From an uncultured Candidatus Saccharibacteria bacterium (lineage in GTDB: Bacteria > Patescibacteriota > Saccharimonadia > Saccharimonadales > JAGPDM01), in the NCBI GenBank assembly GCA_964622235.1, contig CAZUNB010000001.1, forward strand, positions 9,360 through 73,359: a DNA stretch of 64,000 nucleotides. Direction: 5' to 3'. Below, in pieces: positions 1-8,830 of this stretch. Positions within the stretch are counted from its first letter, which is position 1. Each line of letters starts with the position of its first letter. The notes beneath the pieces are model-generated. The model made no database searches, was not told the DNA's origin, and saw only the letters and a program-made list of their open reading frames with translations. Both the position numbers and the translations under genes were made by a program.

Positions 1-437
1 CACTCGGATATACAATTCTAACTGGTTTCATGATCTTTTTTGGTTTTTTATTTTTTATTATCCCAGGTATCTTTTTGGCTGTAGTATTCAGCCTCGGCAT
101 CCCATTAATGGTATACAAAAAAATTGGTCCAATTGAAGCTATCGGCCAAGCACTGCGAATTGGTAAAACACGTTTTTTTGAGTTGTATGCAATTCTATTT
201 TTTGCTGGAATGATTGGTTCTTTCACGGGTGGAGTTACAAGTCTCGTAGCAAAAACTGCTACGTACTCGAGTATTTTAGCTGATTTTACATACCGAGACG
301 ACAACAATATACAGAGGCCACAGCTGCACTGGACTAATTGGCTGGCTGTTGGAATCTCTATTTTCTTTATTCTGCTATTATTAAGCTTATTCGCATTCTT
401 AATAATCGCATTGATAGCAATTGCAGCTAATTCATGA
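1..437 (+). CDS. Membrane protein, 5'-truncated by window edge
   Basis: Frame is open upstream of the ORF-track start at 30; several hydrophobic helices (GFLFFIIPGIFLAV); stop overlaps the next ATG (ATGA). Confidence 0.6.
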   Translation, partial: LGYTILTGFMIFFGFLFFIIPGIFLAVVFSLGIPLMVYKKIGPIEAIGQALRIGKTRFFELYAILFFAGMIGSFTGGVTSLVAKTATYSSILADFTYRDDNNIQRPQLHWTNWLAVGISIFFILLLLSLFAFLIIALIAIAANS

Positions 438-1225
438 TCAACAGAGGTCAATCATGGGCATTAATCACAGGTGCATCAAGCGGATTTGGAGTAGAATTTG
501 CTAAACTTGCTGCAAATGATGGATACAATCTTGTTATTGCTGCTCGTCGCATCGATAAGCTAGAAGAGTTAGCGAAAGAAATTAAAAAATCACACAATGT
601 TGAAGTTGTCGTAGTAGAAATTGATCTAAGTATGGCTGAGAATATTAATAACTTTTATCGGCGGTATCGCCAAAAAAATGGTTTTGATATGGTCATTAAT
701 AACGCAGGCTTTGGTGATAATAATTTTTTTGTTGATAGTAATACAAATCGAAACAGACAGATGATAGAGCTAAATATTACGTCATTAACTGAGTTGTCAC
801 AATTAGCACTAAAAGATTTCGCTCATAAAAAGGCTGGCTATTTGATGAATGTTGCATCAATTGCAGGTTTTTTTTCAGGTCCAGGTATGGCAGTCTACTA
901 TGCTACAAAAAATTACGTTTTATCTCTGACTGAAGCTATTGCTGCTGAAAATAATAATTCTGGGATTAAGATCTCAGCTCTCTGCCCTGGCGCTACACGG
1001 ACTGGTTTTGAGTCAAATGCAAATATAAGAGGCCAATCAATTTTCGACAGCAATAAAAAACTTCCGCATGCTGCTGAAGTTGCTAGCTACGGATATAACA
1101 AACTAAAACAAGGTAAAATCGTCGCAGTATATGGATTGCAAAACAAATTTGTCACCCACGTCGCTCGTCGTTTTATGACAAGAGCAGTTACAAGAAAAAT
1201 CATCAAGAAGATTTCGGAAAAATAA
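434..1225 (+). CDS. Short-chain dehydrogenase/reductase (SDR)
   Basis: TGASSGFG Rossmann motif, INNAGFG, catalytic YYATK (YxxxK). Confidence 0.92.
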   Translation: MINRGQSWALITGASSGFGVEFAKLAANDGYNLVIAARRIDKLEELAKEIKKSHNVEVVVVEIDLSMAENINNFYRRYRQKNGFDMVINNAGFGDNNFFVDSNTNRNRQMIELNITSLTELSQLALKDFAHKKAGYLMNVASIAGFFSGPGMAVYYATKNYVLSLTEAIAAENNNSGIKISALCPGATRTGFESNANIRGQSIFDSNKKLPHAAEVASYGYNKLKQGKIVAVYGLQNKFVTHVARRFMTRAVTRKIIKKISEK

Positions 1226-1328
1226 ATATTAAAATGACTCCCAGATTCCGAAGGTGTATATCGAAACTTGCTGAATTAATAAACGTCGCACAATATTTAA
1301 TTATTTTAACTATTCTCATGAAGCCAAG

Positions 1329-2177
1329 CTACTGGTCTAAACGAAATGGTACCTGTGCTTCATTGGCGAATAATAGCGCTGCATATAGACGTTCCGTCAA
1401 CAGTGGCTGTTCAGAGCTCAATTGCACTAGCCAACGTGAAAATCCAGATTGCAGCTTTTTTTGCTGTAAAACAGCACTGACTGAGACTGTTTCAGAAATG
1501 GTTGCGCCTATATCGAGCTTGATTAACGCCTTCATGACAGCAACCGGGTCTCTAGTGTAAAGCACTGCTAAACGGTCAGCCGACATAATCGCTCGTCGTG
1601 ACCAAAAACCAAACATTGATTCGATAAATGTTCCTATTCCAAAAAATGAGAATGCTTCCGAGAAACGACGGACGAAAGACAGCAATGGTGCCGAACCAAA
1701 AACTATCATTCCTACTTCGCGAGTTAGTAAAATTCTTAACTCAGCATCATCCATGTCTGACAGTAGGCTATCATCAAGCAGTATCAAAAATCGTTTTCCA
1801 CTTCCTAGTGTTTCAATGCGGCGCGTGTCGAGATCATCAGTTACGAATAACTCAATCGGTGGTGATTGTAAATTAATTGAAATTTCTTGTAGAAGATTTT
1901 GGACATTGTAGTGTCGCGTCGCCATGATTGATATCCCGTTAGCAACCACGCGACGCTGTTGAAGTTTAATCTTAATAAAACCAAAAATAATTAATCCGAC
2001 AAACACCGCCAAAGCACGAATGTCAGTTAATAATACTACTGTGAGGATAAATAACCCAAGCGCAAGCATTGTCATAAGCAGGACAGTAGTATCCACCGAT
2101 TTTTTAGCGGTAGCAATTGACTGCAGAAAGTATTGCTGGACGTTTCGCTCCTTGCTTACTTCTGCTTGAGGCTGCAT
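1329..2177 (-). CDS. M48/HtpX-like membrane protein with degenerate zinc motif
   Basis: Two N-terminal TM helices; MDDAELRILLTREVG at the usual ELxxVIGHELGH position; FWSRRAIMSADRLAV and QPLLTERL echo SRxxExxADR and HPxxxxR. Confidence 0.6.
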   Translation of the reverse strand: MQPQAEVSKERNVQQYFLQSIATAKKSVDTTVLLMTMLALGLFILTVVLLTDIRALAVFVGLIIFGFIKIKLQQRRVVANGISIMATRHYNVQNLLQEISINLQSPPIELFVTDDLDTRRIETLGSGKRFLILLDDSLLSDMDDAELRILLTREVGMIVFGSAPLLSFVRRFSEAFSFFGIGTFIESMFGFWSRRAIMSADRLAVLYTRDPVAVMKALIKLDIGATISETVSVSAVLQQKKLQSGFSRWLVQLSSEQPLLTERLYAALLFANEAQVPFRLDQ

Positions 2178-2179
2178 GA

Positions 2180-3433
2180 CTAATTAAAAATCTTTAGTTT
2201 ATCAAAAATTGATTGATCAGCACTATCAAAATCAAATTTTTTGTACTCATCAAAGACTGCCTTTTGAGCTGGGCTATCGTAACAAATTTTGTTTATATTG
2301 TTATAGAAAGATTTCGTTTTTTCTACATCACTCTGATCGAAATACGAACCAGAATCGAACAAGACATCCCCTAGTTTTGAGTTAGCACTGCTATAACTTG
2401 TACCACTAGAGTCAGCACCATCTATGGCAGACTGTATTGACACTATATCTGCAGTAAATCTATCTACATAGAACTTACGTAGCTCTACGAGGTCAGTATC
2501 TTTTAGTGATAATTTAGCTAAATCATCTTTGAACTTTGTTAGTTCACTTATATATTGTTTGCCAGCTACTATATTAGAATTAACTTCGTAATCAGCATTT
2601 TTTCGATCATTATAAATTTTCGTCATAGCCTTTGAGTGCGGCCTAGTAACATCTCCAAGCAGAGCAAGATCTGCTTGTGCAACTGTTAGCTTACCAATGC
2701 ATTGGCTCTGAGAAGCATCGAATGCAGCAATATTTTTACCGAACTCATCATTGTGGATTGTAGTATATGGCTTAGCAAGCTTATGAAACTCTTGATAATT
2801 GTTACCAGCACGCTGGAGCGCAGATGTGATATCTTCGTTTAAACTTGCGCTTGGTTCTAGTAGTTCCTCACCACCGCCCGTATAGACTATACTATCACTC
2901 AGATGCCCATAAATCATTAAATCAGTTACGTCATTAATGCTTGATGATGATTGACTGGCCGCCTGTAGAACCTCAGGTTTTTTATCTTTGAAGTAGGTAG
3001 AGTAAAGATAACCGCTCAGACCAACTACCGCAAAAATTGCTAGACCTGCCACGATCACAAACCACTTTTTCTCGAGTAGCTTATCGAACCAACTCTTACG
3101 TTGTTGTTGCAACACTGTGTTATTAACGGTTAAATTATCAAGCCCCTCCGGAATGAAAACGTTTTGTGTCATATTATTCGGTATATTTGGTGGTTGAACA
3201 GGGGCTTGGTGTGGCTGCATTTGAGGTTGGTTAGTTTCATAAGTTGTTTGTGCTGGCTGAGCTGTCTGAGTTATTGTTTGATTAAACTGATTGTTATCGC
3301 TATCAATTGCTGTGAACTGTTGGAGTGTAGACGCAGCGGGCTGAGGGTTCGCCGGTGGACCTACGTTAACTTGGACCGGTATTGAACCATCAGTATTAAC
3401 ATCCCCACCACTCTGCTGATTTTGATCATCCAT
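2180..3433 (-). CDS. Hypothetical membrane-anchored protein
   Basis: Q/P/N-rich low-complexity N-terminus, a single TM helix, then a helical domain; 417 aa. Confidence 0.7.
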   Translation of the reverse strand: MDDQNQQSGGDVNTDGSIPVQVNVGPPANPQPAASTLQQFTAIDSDNNQFNQTITQTAQPAQTTYETNQPQMQPHQAPVQPPNIPNNMTQNVFIPEGLDNLTVNNTVLQQQRKSWFDKLLEKKWFVIVAGLAIFAVVGLSGYLYSTYFKDKKPEVLQAASQSSSSINDVTDLMIYGHLSDSIVYTGGGEELLEPSASLNEDITSALQRAGNNYQEFHKLAKPYTTIHNDEFGKNIAAFDASQSQCIGKLTVAQADLALLGDVTRPHSKAMTKIYNDRKNADYEVNSNIVAGKQYISELTKFKDDLAKLSLKDTDLVELRKFYVDRFTADIVSIQSAIDGADSSGTSYSSANSKLGDVLFDSGSYFDQSDVEKTKSFYNNINKICYDSPAQKAVFDEYKKFDFDSADQSIFDKLKIFN

Positions 3434-3478
3434 CGTTAAACTTTAGTATATCATAAGCAGTTTAGGCTTTCGCTCGTT

Positions 3479-4249
3479 TTAAGCCTTTAGGGTTGGTAAG
3501 ATATCGGCAAGCTCACTTGCTAGTGCGCCGAACTTGAGTTTTTGACCAGCCTTCGAGTGAAGTTGAACCGCTTGCTTAGCAATATCAAATGCCAACGAAT
3601 TCGGTGTCTGCGCCCAAAGCCCAGCGATTATACCGGCCAAAACATCACCACTGCCAGCAACCGCAAGTTTTCGGTTTGGTTTATTAATTTTCCAAGATTT
3701 ATCATCACAAAAAATCATCGTTGTACTACCCTTTTCTATAATTGTCGCTTCGGTTGTTTTGGCAAGGTCAGACATATTGACCTCTCCGCGCGACTCAAGC
3801 AAGCGTTTAGCTTCGCCACCATGTGGCGTTAAAATACACTTCTCGTGCAGCATACTCCAAAGATCATCATTGCTGGCAATAAGATCAATAACAGCCGCAT
3901 CAATGACAAATGGGTGTTTTGATAACAGTAGCTTATCTAATAAATTTTTAGCTAAAAGAGCACTGTTTCCAACAAACCAACCTGGTCCACAAACCAACAC
4001 GCCTTTTCCCTTAAGAAAATTATCTACCTGTTCAAAATTACCGACAACGACTTCAGGCAAAACAATACTTTGAGCTATTGGTAATAGCTTCTCATCAACA
4101 CATAAAAAGATTATGCCTGCTCCAACTCGAAAAGATGCTAGGCTAACGAGTGAAGTTGCACCCAATCCAGTATCGGGTTGGTCTGGGTCGGACAAAATCA
4201 TTACGCTTCCACGCTGATATTTGTGTACAGATTGATCGTTCATATACAT
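3479..4249 (-). CDS. nnrD: ADP/ATP-dependent NAD(P)HX dehydratase
   Basis: HKYQRGSV, GPG, VIDA, ILTPHGGEAKRL and LAVAGSGDVLAG motifs of the YjeF C-terminal family. Confidence 0.88.
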   Translation of the reverse strand: MYMNDQSVHKYQRGSVMILSDPDQPDTGLGATSLVSLASFRVGAGIIFLCVDEKLLPIAQSIVLPEVVVGNFEQVDNFLKGKGVLVCGPGWFVGNSALLAKNLLDKLLLSKHPFVIDAAVIDLIASNDDLWSMLHEKCILTPHGGEAKRLLESRGEVNMSDLAKTTEATIIEKGSTTMIFCDDKSWKINKPNRKLAVAGSGDVLAGIIAGLWAQTPNSLAFDIAKQAVQLHSKAGQKLKFGALASELADILPTLKA

Positions 4250-4264
4250 TTACGATAGCACAAC

Positions 4265-6055
4265 TCAATCTTCAAGAAAGTCACCAGACTGATGTTTCCA
4301 CAACTCCTGATATAGTCCACTTTTTTCAATCAACTCATCGTGAGTTCCCTGTTCGATAATTGAGCCATTATCAACCACAACAATCCGATCGAGCTTCCGA
4401 ATCGTGCTTAATCGGTGCGCGATGACGATGGTTGTGCGCTCGCGCATCAGATTATCGAGTGCCTCAATAATAAGTTTTTCACTTTTGCTATCGAGTGCCG
4501 ACGTCGCTTCATCAAGTAGCAGAATCGGTGCTTCAACTAGCATTGCTCGTGCAATTGCCACGCGCTGCTTCTGACCACCGCTGAGCTTGATTCCCCGCTC
4601 ACCCACCAGCGTGTTATAGCCGTCAGGCAACTTGTCGATGAACTCAGCGGCATAGGCAAGCTTTGCAGCCTGCTTCATGTCAATATCACTGGCAGATGGC
4701 TTACCATAGCGAATATTCTCTTCCAGAGTTCGGTGAAACAAGATTGGCTCTTGTGACACATAAGCAATCTTACGACGTAATTCTTCTTGTGATACTCTCG
4801 AAATATCCTGACCATCAATTGAGATCGTACCACTTTTAATATCTGCAAAGCGTAGAAGTAATCGTGTTAATGTTGTTTTCCCGCCTCCGCTAGGGCCGAC
4901 TAGCCCGACTTTCTCACCAGCTTTAATACCGAGATTAAGCCCCGAAAAAACTGCCTCGTCTGTATCATCATAGGAAAATGTAACATCATTGAATGAGATA
5001 CTTCCTTCTGAAAATCTAACTGGCTCTGGGTTTTCACTATCTAGAACACCATGATCTTGAGCAAGTATTTCTGTCATCTCTGCAGCTTCAGAAACTAATA
5101 TCTCGGCTCTCTCCACTGTTTGGTTGAAATTAAATAAGTTCTGATAAATAGAAATCATATACAGTTGTGCAGCCAAAACTACTCCTACGCCGACCAACCC
5201 GTTAACAATTAAATAAACCGATATGAAAACATACGATGCTACGAAGAGGACTACCATAGCCCATCGAAAACTTCGAATATGTGCGCCAAAAGTCCAGGCC
5301 TTGCGACGCTTATCGGATCGCTCTTGGCTAATCTTTATAAACTCATTTTTTTCAAATTCGCTACGTCCGAAAGTTTTTACCGTCATAATATTTGCTAAAA
5401 CATCTGCTACGCGCCCAGTAACCTTCGAATCTGCTTCGGCTTCAATCCGTGTATACTTTGATTTTTTACGCGTTAAATAAATAACACTAATCAAAAAAAC
5501 AACAACCCAAGCGATGAGATAGTATGCTAATTCAGGTGCAATGAATAATAAAACAATTATCGAGCTTAGAATATTAATAACCAGCGTATAAGTTTCAAAC
5601 AAAATCACTTTTTCGAGCTCTTGATAGCTTCGCAAAAATCGGTTGAATTGAGTAACGAGCGATCCAGAAAAACTATTACTAAAAAACTCATAACTATGAC
5701 CAATCAAACGGCCAAAAACTCTTCTTTCAAGTTGCTTAAGACTCTCGCGAGACCGAAAGATAAATGTAAAATCATTCGCTCGCCACATTGCCATTTCGAA
5801 TACGGTGAGACCGACTACAAGCAGGGCAAGCCTATATAACACATCGGAGTCTTGTCCAGGAGTAAATTCAGCTAAAGCTTGGAATAGTTGAGCTAGATAA
5901 TACCTAACAGCTGCACCACCCGCCAAAACTGCAAAAAAAATAACAACAAAATGAAGCGAAAATAGCCACTTATACAACTTAGCTATATCTAGGTAAAATC
6001 TCATCGTTTTACGGAAAGTATTTTTATCAACTTTTATCACTTCGTTCTCATTCAT
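4265..6055 (-). CDS. ABC exporter, fused TMD-NBD half-transporter
   Basis: 6-TM N-domain; [34 protein letters not shown]. Confidence 0.95.
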   Translation of the reverse strand: MNENEVIKVDKNTFRKTMRFYLDIAKLYKWLFSLHFVVIFFAVLAGGAAVRYYLAQLFQALAEFTPGQDSDVLYRLALLVVGLTVFEMAMWRANDFTFIFRSRESLKQLERRVFGRLIGHSYEFFSNSFSGSLVTQFNRFLRSYQELEKVILFETYTLVINILSSIIVLLFIAPELAYYLIAWVVVFLISVIYLTRKKSKYTRIEAEADSKVTGRVADVLANIMTVKTFGRSEFEKNEFIKISQERSDKRRKAWTFGAHIRSFRWAMVVLFVASYVFISVYLIVNGLVGVGVVLAAQLYMISIYQNLFNFNQTVERAEILVSEAAEMTEILAQDHGVLDSENPEPVRFSEGSISFNDVTFSYDDTDEAVFSGLNLGIKAGEKVGLVGPSGGGKTTLTRLLLRFADIKSGTISIDGQDISRVSQEELRRKIAYVSQEPILFHRTLEENIRYGKPSASDIDMKQAAKLAYAAEFIDKLPDGYNTLVGERGIKLSGGQKQRVAIARAMLVEAPILLLDEATSALDSKSEKLIIEALDNLMRERTTIVIAHRLSTIRKLDRIVVVDNGSIIEQGTHDELIEKSGLYQELWKHQSGDFLED

Positions 6056-7829
6056 CTAGAAAATCTCCTGACTGATGGCTCCAAAGTTTAGCATAGAGAC
6101 CTTTTTCGGCAAGAAGATCATCGTGGCTACCCTGCTCGACAATCTTACCGTCGTTCATGACAATAATCCGATCGAGTTTCCGAATGGTACTTAATCGGTG
6201 GGCAATTACGATTGTAGTTCGTTCTTCCATCAAGGTATCAAGTGCATCGGCAATCAAAGCCTCACTCTCGCTATCGAGTGCAGAGGTAGCTTCGTCGAGT
6301 AAAAGAATCGGTGCTTCGACTAACATGGCACGCGCGATTGCCACACGTTGCTTCTGACCACCACTAAGCTTCATACCACGTTCGCCTACCAAAGTTTCAT
6401 AACCTTTGGGTAGTTTGTCGATAAATTCCGCAGCGTGCGCGAGCTTGGCGACTCTTTTAATCTCATCCAGGCTAGCATCAGGATTTCCGTAAGCAATATT
6501 TTCACGAATACTACGGTGAAATAGTATCGGCTCTTGGCTAACGAACGCAATATTTCGACGTAGCTCGTCTTGGACAAGCTCTGATATATCTTGGTCATCA
6601 ATCAAGATTTTCCCAGAATTAATATCCATGAATCGTAGCAAGAGTTTTGTTATGGTTGTTTTCCCGCCTCCGCTAGGGCCAACCAGCCCGACTTTCTCAC
6701 CAGCCTTAATATCAATTGATAGATTTGAGAAGAGATTGCTATTTGCTTCATCATATTGAAATGAGACATTATCAAATTGAATTTTTCCCTTCGCAAAGTT
6801 TGGTGATATTGCATCTTTGTCATCCTCTAAGTCAGGAGAAGTTCGTAAAATTTTTGTCATTTCAACAGCATCACTAATCGCCTTTTCTAATCGTCTTGTG
6901 ATATTTCCAATTTCCCAAAAATCACCAAATAAACGAAATAAATAGTAGGTTGTTAGCAGTAAGACCCCAACACTAACTGTGCCGGCAATTGCTGATTTAA
7001 TTGACCAATATATAACAAAAAACTCTAGAGATATCATTAGAATACTTTGAATGAAGCGTAGATGTTCATCCCAAAACCAGCTTGTTGAGCGTTTTTTATA
7101 TCTATCTTGGCTAACTGATTCATAGCGTTTTTGTTCAAACTTCCTACGACCGAAAATTTTAATATTGGCTGTGTTTGTGATTGCATCGGCGAGCTCTGCT
7201 GTGACCGAACTATCAGCAATCGCCGCGATGCGCGAGAACTTGCTCTTATACGAACTAAGGGCAACGATTACAGACACGAATACGATAGCCCAGACAAGCA
7301 AAGTGAATCCAACAACAGGGAAGATTACTAATAAAATAATAATAAAACTAACACCTCGAATAACCATAGGCGCCAGATCCCAAAAGAATATATCTTGAAC
7401 TGATTCGAGGCTGTTAACGAACCGATTGGTCTGCGTAACTAGCGCTCCACCAAAACGATTTGAGAAAAACGAGTATGAACGTTTCTGTAATTCCGAAAAT
7501 GTTTTCTGCTCTAAATCTCTCATTGCTTTTGCCTGGAATGCAATATACGTATACGTAACAATTCTCCATAGAGCAAAAATCGCAAACAGTGATATTCCAA
7601 TATAAATTAGTAGCTGCCATAATTCATCCGCCAGTCCTGGGTTAGCGGCAAGCTGTGAAATCTTATCGAATACCTGACTATATAAATATGGTAACAGTAC
7701 TCCTTGAATTAGCACTGTGACTACCATGAGCCCTACAGATAGATAGAATGCCAGTTTATACTTATTAGCTGCATTCAAATAGTAGCGCATGGTTTCAGCT
7801 GTAATTCGTCGATTTGTTATTTTTTTCAT
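6048..7829 (-). CDS. ABC exporter, fused TMD-NBD half-transporter (paralog of the adjacent gene)
   Basis: Same architecture and motifs; overlaps the downstream paralog by 8 bp. Confidence 0.95.
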   Translation of the reverse strand: MKKITNRRITAETMRYYLNAANKYKLAFYLSVGLMVVTVLIQGVLLPYLYSQVFDKISQLAANPGLADELWQLLIYIGISLFAIFALWRIVTYTYIAFQAKAMRDLEQKTFSELQKRSYSFFSNRFGGALVTQTNRFVNSLESVQDIFFWDLAPMVIRGVSFIIILLVIFPVVGFTLLVWAIVFVSVIVALSSYKSKFSRIAAIADSSVTAELADAITNTANIKIFGRRKFEQKRYESVSQDRYKKRSTSWFWDEHLRFIQSILMISLEFFVIYWSIKSAIAGTVSVGVLLLTTYYLFRLFGDFWEIGNITRRLEKAISDAVEMTKILRTSPDLEDDKDAISPNFAKGKIQFDNVSFQYDEANSNLFSNLSIDIKAGEKVGLVGPSGGGKTTITKLLLRFMDINSGKILIDDQDISELVQDELRRNIAFVSQEPILFHRSIRENIAYGNPDASLDEIKRVAKLAHAAEFIDKLPKGYETLVGERGMKLSGGQKQRVAIARAMLVEAPILLLDEATSALDSESEALIADALDTLMEERTTIVIAHRLSTIRKLDRIIVMNDGKIVEQGSHDDLLAEKGLYAKLWSHQSGDFLDE

Positions 7830-7905
7830 ATTTCCTTCTTTTTATCGTACTACTTTTTCTGAGGATTTTTCGCCTCTGTTACAAAAAATCTATATGTTAT
7901 TGTAT

Positions 7906-7986
7906 TTAGGCGAATAGCGCTGTTTGAACACAATTGTGCAACGACCTACTAGCTCCTGTGTTTTTTATTTTTGTTATTTTAATCAT
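7906..7986 (-). other. Candidate leader peptide (uORF) MIKITKIKNTGASRSLHNCVQTALFA
   Basis: 27-codon ORF in the leader of the ABC exporter pair; its stop lies in a segment complementary to downstream sequence. Confidence 0.3.
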
Positions 7987-8093
7987 AATATAAATATTTT
8001 ATCACAATAAGTAATTTTATGCAAAATATTTTTTATTAGATATGAACACTTGTGTTAAAAAATACACTACCGCAAATTAAAATTCTGTACTTA

Positions 8094-8747
8094 TTATTTA
8101 ATGCTCTTTTTATTTTTTTTAGTTTGTTTAGTCTTTTGAGTAGTGGCTGGTGCAAGATACTGTGCCAGTGCAATGCCGATGATACCACCAATCATTGGGC
8201 TCAGGATGTAAACAACTGAAAAACTATTCGCGGCATATGCTACGGCCGGATTAAGCATACCGTTGGAAGCAACCGCCATACTTAGACCAACCAAAAGTCC
8301 AAAACCTATAACCACACCAGATAGTTCTGAACGAACCGTTTCAAATACAACTGAGCCAACCGCAAATGCAAAAATACCGGTACCGAGAATTTCACTGACA
8401 ATTACTGGCCATTGTGTCATCAGTGGAAGATCGACTGCTGGGTTGACCAACAGATAGCTTGCCATCGCAAGCGCGGCAATTCCACCAAGCATTTGGGCGA
8501 TCACATAAAAAATAGCTTTTTTCAAACCTATTTTTCGAGCTACAAATAATCCAGTCGTAATTGCAGGATTAAGGTGTGCTCCAGAAATAGGACCAACCGC
8601 ATAGACCATAACCATAAGAACAATACCTGCCATCAATGGTGTTGCTATCGGGAATACTTGACTAGATAATGTTAAAACAACAACAGCAGCCAGTGCGAAC
8701 GTACCGATAAATTCTGCAATTACTGCTTTAAAGTCTTTACTGTCCAT
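8094..8747 (-). CDS. Aquaporin / MIP family channel
   Basis: AEFIGTF, ISGAHLNPA and second MLNPA motif; six TM helices. Confidence 0.93.
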   Translation of the reverse strand: MDSKDFKAVIAEFIGTFALAAVVVLTLSSQVFPIATPLMAGIVLMVMVYAVGPISGAHLNPAITTGLFVARKIGLKKAIFYVIAQMLGGIAALAMASYLLVNPAVDLPLMTQWPVIVSEILGTGIFAFAVGSVVFETVRSELSGVVIGFGLLVGLSMAVASNGMLNPAVAYAANSFSVVYILSPMIGGIIGIALAQYLAPATTQKTKQTKKNKKSIK

Positions 8748-8830
8748 TTTTCAACTCCTATTAGTTACGCTAAGCATAACCTATTTATAGCAACTTTTTC
8801 AAGAGAAACTATGATTAGAAGCTAAACTTA

